Positions 17,664-26,616 of a DNA stretch of 64,000 nucleotides are shown here, one piece after another. Below the pieces are notes generated by a model that saw only the letters and a list, made by a program, of their open reading frames with translations, made no database searches and was not told the DNA's origin. Source of the DNA: a virus; IMG/VR virus record IMGVR_UViG_3300045988_099631, positions 32,001-96,000 of that record; one strand, 5' to 3'. Positions within the stretch are counted from its first letter, which is position 1. Every line of letters begins with the position of its first letter. A program made the position numbers and the translations under genes.

Positions 17664-18479
17664 CTATACAAACACAGTATCATTCAAGACCTGCGCATTG
17701 TCCGTGATTTTAACTTTCATATCGTCCGTAAGCGTGATAATGACTTCTGCCTTGGACGCTCCAAACGGAAGGAATCCCGATCTATACTCTTTACAGACCA
17801 TCCGTTTTCCGTCTTCCATTGTGAACTTATCCCCGCTTGAATCCTTGTACACGCAGTCTGGATTGCACGTTGCGAGTTTTGCGTATCTTCCGATAAATGT
17901 CGGGGACATCTCTGCATACTTCGGGTACTCTCTCACGAAGCGTTCATATTCCAATGGAAACAGTCTTTTGAATTGGTGCAGGAAATTCGGTACGGTTTCA
18001 TCCGCATATCTCGTGATAATATCTCCGCACATATTTCGTGGGTTATAGCCAAGTACGTTGTCCAAATTGTCCGGTGTCAGCATTGGTCTGTCCACTAGTA
18101 AATGTTGATTTGTGAATATCGCCGTTGCTGCGTTCAGTCGTCTTCCGTCCAATTTGAGGTCAACGTAAGGAAGATTCAGATACGCCATATCTCCAATGCG
18201 AATTACATACCAATAGGATGGGTATCTGAGTTTACGATATTCTGGCGAATGCTGCACTGCGTCTGTCACAGTGTCATAGCGTTTGCTCTGTTTTGTGCCT
18301 CCATCCACTTTTTCAACTCTGCCAAGTTCGCACCTGCGGTTAAACGGTATTGTAACGTTCAGGCATTTCCCCTCGTGGTATGCGGAGCATTCCTGCGCGT
18401 GATCGCAGCAAATGTATTCTGCCCGAAGCCGGTTATTTCGTTTTCCTTCTCCGTATAAAGCAACGTTTATGAGCGGCAT
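17664..18479 (-). CDS. hypothetical protein
   Basis: 271-aa ORF with a Cys-rich N-terminus. Confidence 0.5.
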   Translation of the reverse strand: MPLINVALYGEGKRNNRLRAEYICCDHAQECSAYHEGKCLNVTIPFNRRCELGRVEKVDGGTKQSKRYDTVTDAVQHSPEYRKLRYPSYWYVIRIGDMAYLNLPYVDLKLDGRRLNAATAIFTNQHLLVDRPMLTPDNLDNVLGYNPRNMCGDIITRYADETVPNFLHQFKRLFPLEYERFVREYPKYAEMSPTFIGRYAKLATCNPDCVYKDSSGDKFTMEDGKRMVCKEYRSGFLPFGASKAEVIITLTDDMKVKITDNAQVLNDTVFV

Positions 18480-18737
18480 TTATTGTCCTCCTTTCCCAAA
18501 AGAGCAGAACCCATCTTCCGGCATATTAAGGCCGGTCGCGTCACGAAAGCCGCACCTAACATATGTCCCACACCACGAAATTTCTGCCCAGCGGCCATCA
18601 CAGTCCCTGCAGCGTGTAACCTGTACTGCGTCCACTGCCGGCAGTCGGCTGATCTCAGCAAATGCCGCAGCATAGTCTCCGGATGTCCGGCGCACGATTT
18701 CGAGCGCGTCTTCCTTGTAAATCAGCTGCTTGTCCAT
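18480..18737 (-). CDS. small protein of the P-x-VDA / Cys-cluster paralogue family
   Basis: LPAVDAVQVTRCRDCDGRW... Confidence 0.5.
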   Translation of the reverse strand: MDKQLIYKEDALEIVRRTSGDYAAAFAEISRLPAVDAVQVTRCRDCDGRWAEISWCGTYVRCGFRDATGLNMPEDGFCSFGKGGQ

Positions 18738-19177
18738 CAGGTCTCACCATCCTTGATTTCAGCCAGCCAGAATTCACGTTTGCATTCTTCACAGCTAATT
18801 GACGGATATCTACAGCCGCCCGTTTTCGTTTTTCTTTTTGCGGAAACGATAAGAGCTGGGCAAATATCAATAAACCCATCTGGGTCAGAGATTACTTCTG
18901 GGAACAGCTTGAGCAATTCACTCTGTCTCGTTCTGGCCGGGTGCTCTTTTGCCCACTTCTCGACCGCAGCAACACATTCCTCTGCGTTGTTGGTGAGATC
19001 GTTCATATGGCATCCGCGTCCAATATCGTCAAGTGGACAGCCTACACACGGTCTTCCCGTAATGTTGTGCTTAGAGTCAAAAGAATCGCACATTCTCGCA
19101 TATGCTTTGAAATACGCAACAGCATCCATTTTCCATCCTCCTACATCCAGACCATATCGCATTTGTTGTCCACGCAA
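18737..19177 (-). CDS. hypothetical Cys-rich protein (start possibly 19129)
   Basis: 146-aa ORF. Confidence 0.4.
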   Translation of the reverse strand: MRGQQMRYGLDVGGWKMDAVAYFKAYARMCDSFDSKHNITGRPCVGCPLDDIGRGCHMNDLTNNAEECVAAVEKWAKEHPARTRQSELLKLFPEVISDPDGFIDICPALIVSAKRKTKTGGCRYPSISCEECKREFWLAEIKDGET

Positions 19178-19575
19178 TCCTGCAGGATTGCCTTGAAGTC
19201 TCGGAACATTGCGCAGTCGCTCCGGCCGGCATAGCCGTAGCAGATGTTGTCATCGTAGTCCCCGATGACCTTCAGAATTTCCTTGCAGGCTCCGTACCGG
19301 ATTTTCCCATCACAGGCTCTTTCAAGCAGGAAATTCACAACTTTCACCGGAAGGTCTTTTTCACGGACCATCCTGATTGCTTCCGTGTCCCAATCTTTCC
19401 AAAACTTCTCTTCCACTTCCGGTTGCATGATGATCGGCGCGTTACAAAGCTTCTCGTAGTGACTGTAAAACGGCTCTCCCATGAGTTGAGCCACCTTCCG
19501 CCGCAGATTCATGAATCCGCCGCATCCAAGGTCGATTTCCCGACCGGTTTTCTTGCATTTAATCGTTACGCCCAT
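19141..19575 (-). CDS. hypothetical protein
   Basis: ORF 19141-19620 trimmed to MGVTIKCKK. Confidence 0.4.
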   Translation of the reverse strand: MGVTIKCKKTGREIDLGCGGFMNLRRKVAQLMGEPFYSHYEKLCNAPIIMQPEVEEKFWKDWDTEAIRMVREKDLPVKVVNFLLERACDGKIRYGACKEILKVIGDYDDNICYGYAGRSDCAMFRDFKAILQDCVDNKCDMVWM

Positions 19576-19840
19576 TTTCTTCCCATCCTTCTCCATTTCC
19601 GCTGATTTCAACTGTTCCATCCGCGTTTACAAAAGTGTTGCTGGCGTTCCATGTCACATGGCATGAACCGCAGTATGCTGTTATAATCCCAATTCCTTCT
19701 TCTTCCGCCCGCCTTCCACGCTTCGCCATTTTCCCATTTTTCAAAATCGGGTATTCGCGCGCATATGTATAAAAGCTGGAAAGAGTCATCCGTCCGCCGC
19801 AGTGCGGGCATTTATTTGCCAAGACCCATTCACCGTTCAT
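19559..19840 (-). CDS. hypothetical zinc-ribbon protein
   Basis: CPHCGGRM...CGSCH. Confidence 0.4.
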   Translation of the reverse strand: MNGEWVLANKCPHCGGRMTLSSFYTYAREYPILKNGKMAKRGRRAEEEGIGIITAYCGSCHVTWNASNTFVNADGTVEISGNGEGWEENGRND

Positions 19841-20189
19841 CGCTTACCTCCTTTGGCTTCCCGTAGTTGCAGAACCCGTCTGGCACTGGATCATCTAGGC
19901 CGTGCCTGTTCGTGCAGTACGGGTCATTCTCGTTGTTCTGACGGAAATCTTTACAGTTTTTGCAACGCGTTACCACGACAGCATCCACCGTTGGAGCATT
20001 CTCCAAGATACCCCGTAACCCGTGATAAAACTGCTTTGCACGGGAGAACAGTTCCATGCAGTGGATATAGACGGACAAATCATCATCTATGCTCATGTGT
20101 TTCTTCAATTCTGGGATTGTCGAGCGGTACATTTTCTCCATGATTTCTCGCTGTTCTTTGATAATCGCATCAGCGTCGGTCAATCGCAT
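19830..20189 (-). CDS. P-x-VDA / Cys-cluster family protein
   Basis: MRLTDADAIIKE...APTVDAVVVTRCKNCKDF. RBS AAAGGAGG. Confidence 0.5.
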   Translation of the reverse strand: MRLTDADAIIKEQREIMEKMYRSTIPELKKHMSIDDDLSVYIHCMELFSRAKQFYHGLRGILENAPTVDAVVVTRCKNCKDFRQNNENDPYCTNRHGLDDPVPDGFCNYGKPKEVSDER

Positions 20190-20233
20190 TTGTTGTCCTC
20201 CTTTCATGCTTCCGCGTGCGAAACGCAAGCCTT

Positions 20234-20530
20234 TCATACTATCCGTTTCGCGCAATACGGGCAAAACTTATATTCTGCCGCTTCGATGCAATCCATAAAT
20301 GCACCGCAGGCTGTGCAGCATCCTTCAATGATCTGCGTGGTTTCCGCTTCCAATGCAAGATGGTCAACCCTCCGTTCTCCGTACTTGCAGTTCTTGCGCC
20401 GCGTCACGACCACGGCATCAACGGTGGGTGCGTAATCAAGCACGTCGTTGACACGCTCGAAATCTTCTTCCGTATCAAACATATCTCGGGTGTATGTCCG
20501 CTTCGCATCGTCCGCATCAATCAGGCGCAT
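20234..20530 (-). CDS. P-x-VDA / Cys-cluster family protein
   Basis: MRLIDADDAKR...APTVDAVVVTRRKNCKYG...CCTACG...CPYCAKR. Confidence 0.5.
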   Translation of the reverse strand: MRLIDADDAKRTYTRDMFDTEEDFERVNDVLDYAPTVDAVVVTRRKNCKYGERRVDHLALEAETTQIIEGCCTACGAFMDCIEAAEYKFCPYCAKRIV

Positions 20531-20681
20531 TTCCGTCACCTCCACCATCTGACTTCTTGGTGCTGCTGGAATGGATCATCGTGAATATCGAAAAAAGCGC
20601 GATCCACCAATGACCAAATCGTTCAGCCAGCCAGCACCAGGCCATAATATTGATGATGTTGTAAGTGATGCAAGCTATCAT
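20523..20681 (-). CDS. small membrane protein (52 aa, below the track cutoff)
   Basis: Hand-found MIACITYNIINIMAWCWLAERFGHWWIALFSIFTMI... RBS GGAGGATGGAGGG. ATGA overlap with the upstream reading frame. Confidence 0.4.
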
Positions 20682-20992
20682 TCGTTCCCTCCATCCTCCA
20701 TTTTCGCACCGCAGCTGGGGCAGTATTTCGGCAGCAAATCCGGGTTATCCGTGCCGTCGTCGATGCAGTATCCGCATTGAGAGCAATACCACACATCAAG
20801 CACAATCTCGCCGTCTGCGTATCCGTCTCCCTCACCTTCCTACTGCCCCTGTACCACCTCCGCAACGTTGGCGGCGGGCTGACGCAGCAGGAGCGTTTTC
20901 ACCCGCTGAGGTGTCCAGTTCGGATTTTCCGCGTTGCAGGATTCAAAGTCTTCCAGCGCCTCGGTTCTGCTGATAAATTCTTCAGTCATCAT
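20678..20992 (-). pseudogene. P-x-V / zinc-ribbon family gene interrupted by one in-frame TAG (codon 51, at 20840-20842): pseudogene or read-through
   Basis: MMTEEFISRTEALEDFES...QPAANVAEVVQGQ, then TAG, then EGEGDGYADGEIVLDVWYCSQCGYC...YCPSCGAKMEDGGNE. The final TGA overlaps the next ATG. Confidence 0.55.
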
Positions 20993-21284
20993 GCAATCTC
21001 CTCATTTTTGCTCCGCAATCCTCACAGTAAGATGCACGGTAGTCATCCCATTCGTGTTCTTCACCGCAATTTGAGCAGATCTGCATGCCGTCTTCTTCCA
21101 TCCATGTGCCGTACACAACCGGTGCTGCATCAACAGCAGGGATGGCTTCTATTGCCTCCATTGCGAGGTCGATTGCGCCACTGTGATAGCCAAGCACAGA
21201 TCCTTTTTCGGTTGAAAACCGACGAATCGCGTCCAGTGCTTCTGAGCGACGGATATATTCTTCAGTCACAGCGTTTCCCATCAT
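20982..21284 (-). CDS. P-x-VDA / zinc-ribbon family protein
   Basis: EEYIRRSEALDAIRR...IPAVDAAPVVYGTW...CSNCGEE...CEDCGAKM. Confidence 0.5.
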   Translation of the reverse strand: MMGNAVTEEYIRRSEALDAIRRFSTEKGSVLGYHSGAIDLAMEAIEAIPAVDAAPVVYGTWMEEDGMQICSNCGEEHEWDDYRASYCEDCGAKMRRLHDD

Positions 21285-21528
21285 CGAACTCCTTCCAAGC
21301 GTGATACAGTGCCCATGCCAGTGGGTCACGGATGAACGGCAGCTTTTTCGCTTCCGCGTATTTCTTATCGAGAATGCTCATGGCCTTCTTCCACGCGCGA
21401 TCTCCAACGTGCAGCTCTGTTGGAAAGTAGACTCCCTCAAGTCTGTTGATTTTTGCGGCAGTCAGTATCAATATTCCGTTCTCGTCAAGAAGGTCTAGCA
21501 GATCCTGATTTTTGATGTAATACACCAT
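21262..21528 (-). CDS. hypothetical protein
   Basis: Trimmed to MVYYIKNQDLL with an AGGGGGA RBS. Confidence 0.4.
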   Translation of the reverse strand: MVYYIKNQDLLDLLDENGILILTAAKINRLEGVYFPTELHVGDRAWKKAMSILDKKYAEAKKLPFIRDPLAWALYHAWKEFDDGKRCD

Positions 21529-21629
21529 TTCAAAGTTTCCCCCTCTGGCACGCCGAACATCTCTATGATTTTTTTCATGACCTTCCATCCATTTCCTGCA
21601 GCGCTCGCGCCGCTTCGCGGCTGATATAA

Positions 21630-21830
21630 TCAGTCATAATCCATATACTCCCTTCCGATTCTGTTTTGCATTTCATACGGCAATGCAAGAAGCGGTGTGC
21701 ATCTACTCAGGATTTCCGCTCTCAAGAGCTGCTCCGCCTGCCTCTTGGTCAGCTGCGGCTCTCGCTTCTTCGGCGGCAGCTCACCTTTTGCCGCCGCAAT
21801 AGCGGTCGGGTTGTGCTTATGTTGCCCCAT
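21630..21830 (-). CDS. hypothetical protein
   Basis: Trimmed to MGQHKHNPTAI. Confidence 0.35.
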   Translation of the reverse strand: MGQHKHNPTAIAAAKGELPPKKREPQLTKRQAEQLLRAEILSRCTPLLALPYEMQNRIGREYMDYD

Positions 21831-22050
21831 CGTCCCGCACCTCCACGCCAGCCTCGTCCAGCAGGTCAGAAAGATCGGTGTCCACGCTGCTGCCAATAAA
21901 CTCGCCATTTTCGTCGTAGTGGTTGTACTCCGTGGTCGGCCGGGATTCTATCCCTGCAAACTCTTTTAAAAGCCTCAGATATTCGTCGTTATCGAAGAGC
22001 TGAGCCTGATAGAGTTGTCTCAACTGCGCTTCGGTTATGTGCTTAGCCAT
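21817..22050 (-). CDS. hypothetical protein
   Basis: 77-aa ORF. Confidence 0.4.
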   Translation of the reverse strand: MAKHITEAQLRQLYQAQLFDNDEYLRLLKEFAGIESRPTTEYNHYDENGEFIGSSVDTDLSDLLDEAGVEVRDDGAT

Positions 22051-22195
22051 CCTTCTTGCCCTCCTTTATCCACGTTGGCTTGTTCTCCGTCGATGTTGCC
22101 AGTGTATACGTTTTCTGGGCTGGGCACTCACTGCAAGCCCCAGCGCAGCACTTCCAGTCTCCACCGCAAGGGCGAATCTCCATAGTTCCCGTCAT
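22046..22195 (-). CDS. hypothetical Cys-rich protein (49 aa, below the track cutoff)
   Basis: Hand-found MTGTMEIRPCGGDWKCCAGACSECPAQ. ATGA overlap with the HNH stop. Confidence 0.35.
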
Positions 22196-22545
22196 GCCTT
22201 GTCCTCCATCTCAAAGTAAAACGTGATCGGTTTCTCTTGCTCAATGACATTCCCATAAACGACCCCTACTTTGTAGATGTAGTTTTCTCGGAGCTTTCTG
22301 GGAATTTCCGCGATATAGCGCCGGAACGTTTCCAGAGAATTTGCCCGCTTGTAGTTGTTGCACATTCGGCATGACGGCATAAGGTTGGAAATATCGTCCG
22401 TCCCTGCGTCTTCGGCGTTCCATGCACGTTGCGGCTTGAAATGATCGACTTGCATATCCTTGATGTCGATAGCCCGTCCACAATAGGCACAGTGGCCGTC
22501 ATACTTCGCATAGACCGCTTCCCGTTTTTTCTTACTGAAACTCAT
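22192..22545 (-). CDS. HNH endonuclease
   Basis: CAYCGRAIDIKDMQVDHFKPQ...MPSCRMCNNYK. Confidence 0.8.
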   Translation of the reverse strand: MSFSKKKREAVYAKYDGHCAYCGRAIDIKDMQVDHFKPQRAWNAEDAGTDDISNLMPSCRMCNNYKRANSLETFRRYIAEIPRKLRENYIYKVGVVYGNVIEQEKPITFYFEMEDKA

Positions 22546-22847
22546 ACTCCGTCCACTCCTTCAAAATACCGTGTCCGTTCTTCCTGCGTAGGCCAGTCTG
22601 GGTCGAAGCCACGCTTGCGGCGGTTCCGTTTCCATCCACTGTAAATCTTCGCATCGCGCCCGTCGATGCTGTACCCAACGCCGCGTTCTGCCCGGTTGTG
22701 AACCAGAAGTGGTCGCGGATAATTCGGATTTCGTGCCCTCAGAACCTCGTACTCGCCGACAGGTTCTTCGAGTTTCCAGCCACTTTGCTTCAAGTATGCT
22801 CTGAGGTCGGACAGCATCCCGTGTTTGACCGTCAATCTGTTCTTCAT
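22542..22847 (-). CDS. hypothetical protein
   Basis: 101-aa ORF. Confidence 0.45.
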   Translation of the reverse strand: MKNRLTVKHGMLSDLRAYLKQSGWKLEEPVGEYEVLRARNPNYPRPLLVHNRAERGVGYSIDGRDAKIYSGWKRNRRKRGFDPDWPTQEERTRYFEGVDGV

Positions 22848-22850
22848 CTG

Positions 22851-23333
22851 CTACTCCATTTCCTGCAAAGCCTTCTCGGCTTCGGCGCGGGTCAGAAACA
22901 CCGTCTTACCGATATTACTGATTCGCTCATAATCTCCGCCGTCTTCGCCTTCCAATGCCAAATAAATTGCAACCTCCATAACGTGCAGAGGAATTACAGG
23001 GGCTGATTCTGCAGCATAAAGAACATCACCCACTTTGCACGGCAGCACGACCACGCGCCCGTCCTTGTCGGCCTCGGCAAGCTCGCGGAGGCGGTCAAAC
23101 CCGCCGCACAACTCGGCAATGTCCTCGTAGGCTTTCAGCCGTCCGTACAGATCGCGGGCCATCTTGCGGAAAATATCCTTGCCAAAGCCGTTGCTCGTTG
23201 GGCCGTTGATCAGAACGTTGAGCGTGCTGTCCCGGCTCTGCTTCCAGTCGATTTCCTTGCCGCCGATCGCGGCGTGCAGAAATCGGTCAGTGTCCTGGTC
23301 AATGTTGAGATTGGGTCTTGTCAGTCGTTCCAT
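22851..23333 (-). CDS. hypothetical protein
   Basis: 160-aa ORF. Confidence 0.45.
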   Translation of the reverse strand: MERLTRPNLNIDQDTDRFLHAAIGGKEIDWKQSRDSTLNVLINGPTSNGFGKDIFRKMARDLYGRLKAYEDIAELCGGFDRLRELAEADKDGRVVVLPCKVGDVLYAAESAPVIPLHVMEVAIYLALEGEDGGDYERISNIGKTVFLTRAEAEKALQEME

Positions 23334-23878
23334 AGTTCTTCCTCCACATACCGCCAGCTCTGCGGCGGGCGGGTGATTGGCTTGGGTTTTGCCTTGAGCG
23401 CTACCTCTACCTCATTTGGCACAGCGTAAAATTCCCGCAGTTCGCGCGGGGTGTCGTAAATCTTGAGATTGGAGATGTGCCAGCCGAAGCCGGTGGCAGC
23501 TCCGAGATACTGGTGCAGCTCCGCAGGCTCTAGGCAGGTTGGCCGCGCAGCATCCGACGGTATCCTTCCCGCGCCGTTAATGTTGATGATCTGATCGCAC
23601 AGAAATTCCCCGATAACCTTTTGCCGCTTATCCCATAAGCCAGTGGTCGGCGCTTTTTCCGTCTTTATGAAAACCGGCTTGCCGTGATACGTTTCTCCAT
23701 AATTCTCATCGCCGTCTTTCATAATGGTGAGTAGCTTTTCCTCCGGTTTTGTGCAGTAGATATAGCACTTAAACGGCGTATCCATCTTCGGGCGCGTCTT
23801 GCGCACCTCGATCGTTTTCTCTCCGCTTATGATCTTCTCGCACCACCTTGGTCTGATGCTGATTAAAACAGCTATCAT
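23321..23878 (-). CDS. ASCH-domain protein
   Basis: MIAVLISIRPRWCEKIISGEKTIEVRKTRPK. Confidence 0.65.
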   Translation of the reverse strand: MIAVLISIRPRWCEKIISGEKTIEVRKTRPKMDTPFKCYIYCTKPEEKLLTIMKDGDENYGETYHGKPVFIKTEKAPTTGLWDKRQKVIGEFLCDQIININGAGRIPSDAARPTCLEPAELHQYLGAATGFGWHISNLKIYDTPRELREFYAVPNEVEVALKAKPKPITRPPQSWRYVEEELWND

Positions 23879-24258
23879 GCCTTGTCTCCTTTCTCCGGTG
23901 CTCCCGGCAGCGGCATCCAGTGAGTAATCAAGTTCTGCGGTGCCTCCCAGTTATTGCACGTTCATCCGTCGCTTGGAAAGTATCTGGCCATATCTACAAT
24001 CGAGCCGCCCGCGTCCCGAAAAGCAACGAGATATTTGCTGAGACGGTCTATTGGCAGCCTGTCCTCCACGCTGATCCACTGCGGCACCTTCTCCCGCAGC
24101 GCCGCGTTCTCGGCGGTCAGGCGCTCGATCATGGTGATAGCTTCATCCGCCAGCCGCTCCGTGCAACGCACATACTTCATTTGTGGGCAAAGCCCGCAAC
24201 CCTTCTCTATATGCGTCGCGCAGATACGCAGTACCTGTATAATTTCCTCGTCTGTCAT
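23875..24258 (-). pseudogene. DUF551-like gene interrupted by one in-frame TGA (23962-23964): pseudogene or read-through
   Basis: MTDEEIIQVLRIC...QWISVEDRLP...ARYFPSDG, then TGA, then TCNNWEAPQNLITHWMPLPGAPEKGDKA. The THWMPLP motif lies after the stop. The final TGA overlaps the ASCH ATG. Confidence 0.55.
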
Positions 24259-24605
24259 AGCGCGTTCTCCAATCCTTTCCACTCAAATTTCGGGTGCGAT
24301 AAGCAGTTTGAGCAAGGGCAAACTCTGTATTGATAACAGTCATCGCAGGTGTTCTCGGTACACCGAGCATCGAAACAATACGAATCATTTTTGCAGATCT
24401 CACACAGTTTTCTGGAATTTGCAGCTTCGAGCAAAGCATTCCTTTCCTTTTCCAGCCGCTCAATCAGATCTGCGGCACCAACCATCATGTCGCCCATACA
24501 ATCCTCGCTATCCTCGCTGTCAAACAATGGGCATTCCGCACAAGTTTGTGCGTCTGTTCTGCGGGAGCATATCCGCAGAGCCCGTATAATTTCCCTGTCT
24601 GTCAT
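24255..24605 (-). CDS. hypothetical Cys-rich protein (N-terminus paralogous to 23875-24258)
   Basis: MTDREIIRALRICS... Confidence 0.45.
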   Translation of the reverse strand: MTDREIIRALRICSRRTDAQTCAECPLFDSEDSEDCMGDMMVGAADLIERLEKERNALLEAANSRKLCEICKNDSYCFDARCTENTCDDCYQYRVCPCSNCLSHPKFEWKGLENAL

Positions 24606-25471
24606 ATATCCTCCATTCCTTCAAAAACCATTTGCCCCGGCAAAACGCCGTCCTCCATCCACCAGTGCATCACTTCCTTACCTGTTTGCCAGTCGCAAGG
24701 CAAGCCTCTCTTTTGCCGTTCCGCAAGCATCCTGTCAAACGCCCGGACATACGCCGCTTTGATCTTTGGGTAACGCGCAAACTGCACCTTCCGGTGCTTG
24801 CCTGCCATCGGGCAGCCGATACAACCCACGCGTTCAAAACCGCAGGCGTAAAGTGGATTCATCGAGATCTTTTCTGCCGTGCAGTAATCCCAGATGTCAG
24901 CATCCTGCCAGTCAATGATTGGGTTTACCGTCCGCGTCCCCTTGAGCTGGCAGTTTTCCATCATCATTCGGTTCTCGTCGTTGTCATTCATAAGCGTCAG
25001 CCGCTTGTCCTTGCTCTTATGCAGCGCTTCCATAACGCCGCGAGATTTCCGCTTTTGCGATTCGGCCCAGCGAACGCCGGTCGCAATCCACCTCCCGCGG
25101 CCGCTGGTCTCTTTGAGCGCCGCGCAGCAGTAGCGCGCCAGGCGTGTCGGCGGCATGAGTTTGCGCGGGATTAGGTTCCACATCGTCACGTTTCCGCCGT
25201 CCGGCGTCCGGTGCGTATCGATTGTGCATTTTACGCCAGCCAGCTCCAAGCGGCGGAAGGTGTCCCGCACATGCCAGACAGTCTCCGGCGCGTCCGCCGT
25301 GGTCAGCGAGTGCAAAACCTCATACTGGATACCGGCTTTTCCCGCCAGATGCAAAAGCACGTCCGAGTCCTTGCCGCCCGAGTAGGTAATCACAAGCGGC
25401 TGCTTGTACAGGCGCAAGCTCATCTCCGAGGCCATTTTCAGCCGCTCAATCGCGGTTTGTTCTAAGTCCAT
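24602..25471 (-). CDS. PAPS-reductase-family (PP-loop) protein
   Basis: VITYSGGKDSDVLLHL PP-loop and a C-terminal Cys cluster CGFERVGCIGCP. Confidence 0.8.
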   Translation of the reverse strand: MDLEQTAIERLKMASEMSLRLYKQPLVITYSGGKDSDVLLHLAGKAGIQYEVLHSLTTADAPETVWHVRDTFRRLELAGVKCTIDTHRTPDGGNVTMWNLIPRKLMPPTRLARYCCAALKETSGRGRWIATGVRWAESQKRKSRGVMEALHKSKDKRLTLMNDNDENRMMMENCQLKGTRTVNPIIDWQDADIWDYCTAEKISMNPLYACGFERVGCIGCPMAGKHRKVQFARYPKIKAAYVRAFDRMLAERQKRGLPCDWQTGKEVMHWWMEDGVLPGQMVFEGMEDI

Positions 25472-25486
25472 CAGTATCCCTCCAAT

Positions 25487-25741
25487 TCAATCCGTATCAT
25501 TGCGCTTCCGGAAACAGATCTGCTTCCCAAACGCGAAAATGTCGGCTTCGGCCACTTCATCCGACCGGCAGAATGGCAGTCCGAGTTCGTATGCTTTTAT
25601 CGTTACGAAGAAAGCGCACTCCCGGCAATCTGCCCCAGGTACTTGCTTCAGCAATTCTGGAACCCTGTAGATCTCGACATCCCGGAGTTTTCCATCGATC
25701 ATTAGTTTCTGCGTTTCATAGCGCTTTTTTATTCCATTCAT
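25487..25741 (-). CDS. hypothetical protein
   Basis: Trimmed to MNGIKKRY (ATGA overlap). Confidence 0.4.
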   Translation of the reverse strand: MNGIKKRYETQKLMIDGKLRDVEIYRVPELLKQVPGADCRECAFFVTIKAYELGLPFCRSDEVAEADIFAFGKQICFRKRNDTD

Positions 25742-26157
25742 GTTCCCTCTCCGATTGAAAGCTGGTTCTGCCGGTAGCATTGGAATAGTGTCTCCCCTTT
25801 GTCGTTGAGCATGTACGGCAGGAAGATTTCATCCATCTGCACCATCTCGGATTCCAGAATCGCCATCTGCGCAGCTACCCAGTCCTTCACGATGCGCCAA
25901 GCGACACGCTCGGCCTGATCGCGGTCGCATTTGACCTTCTGTTTCGTGAGCACAGCCCACACCGCATCAACGTTTGCCGGGAGACGGATTCCGCGCGGGC
26001 CATTCGGTGTATCAATCAGGAAGGACAGTGCTGTGATATGCCCGTCATTGTCGTAATCCTGCATGATTTTCTTCGCACCGTGCTTGACGAGCTGCCCCTG
26101 AATCTCACCAAGCGTCGCAAACACATCGACCTTCGTCGTGTAATTCATGATGGGCAT
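25738..26157 (-). CDS. hypothetical protein
   Basis: 139-aa ORF. Confidence 0.45.
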   Translation of the reverse strand: MPIMNYTTKVDVFATLGEIQGQLVKHGAKKIMQDYDNDGHITALSFLIDTPNGPRGIRLPANVDAVWAVLTKQKVKCDRDQAERVAWRIVKDWVAAQMAILESEMVQMDEIFLPYMLNDKGETLFQCYRQNQLSIGEGT

Positions 26158-26160
26158 GGT

Positions 26161-26613
26161 TTAATCCTCCCCGGCCGCAATCGGAAGTGGCATCCAGTGG
26201 GTGACATAATATCCGTTGAGTGGAGCATCTTCGATGCTCAGAAGAGCATTGGCAAGGACTTCACTTGCTTCGTCTCTTCCGATGTGCCATATCTTTTGTT
26301 CGGTGTCAAAAACTGCGGGCGAAACGAACTTCCTGTCATACGGTTCATCTGTGAATGGATTACTTACTGACTCCATGACAGTAACAGTGCAGCTCACCCA
26401 CCCATATGCAGCTTTAGCCTTCGGAAGGTTGTCTTTGACACTGATCCACGCCTGCATGTGGTCCAGCAGATTGTTATATGCCGTTGTCAAGGCACCTAAC
26501 GATTTTTCTAGTTCCGCATTATTAGCCGCAAGCGTCTCAATTTCATTGGCTGCAGCTACTGCCAGCGAGCCGCCATGCCGCCTAAGTTCCTGCAAAATCT
26601 CTTGTTGCTTCAT
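26161..26613 (-). CDS. DUF551-domain protein
   Basis: WISVKDNLPKA...YYVTHWMPLP. Confidence 0.6.
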   Translation of the reverse strand: MKQQEILQELRRHGGSLAVAAANEIETLAANNAELEKSLGALTTAYNNLLDHMQAWISVKDNLPKAKAAYGWVSCTVTVMESVSNPFTDEPYDRKFVSPAVFDTEQKIWHIGRDEASEVLANALLSIEDAPLNGYYVTHWMPLPIAAGED

Positions 26614-26616
26614 ATT

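Noticed and set aside
20623-20865. An 80-aa track ORF on the minus strand.
   Set aside because: It is in a different frame from the coherent zinc-ribbon reading frame (20678-20992). Its product is R/T/A-rich with no motifs, and it overlaps the small membrane ORF.
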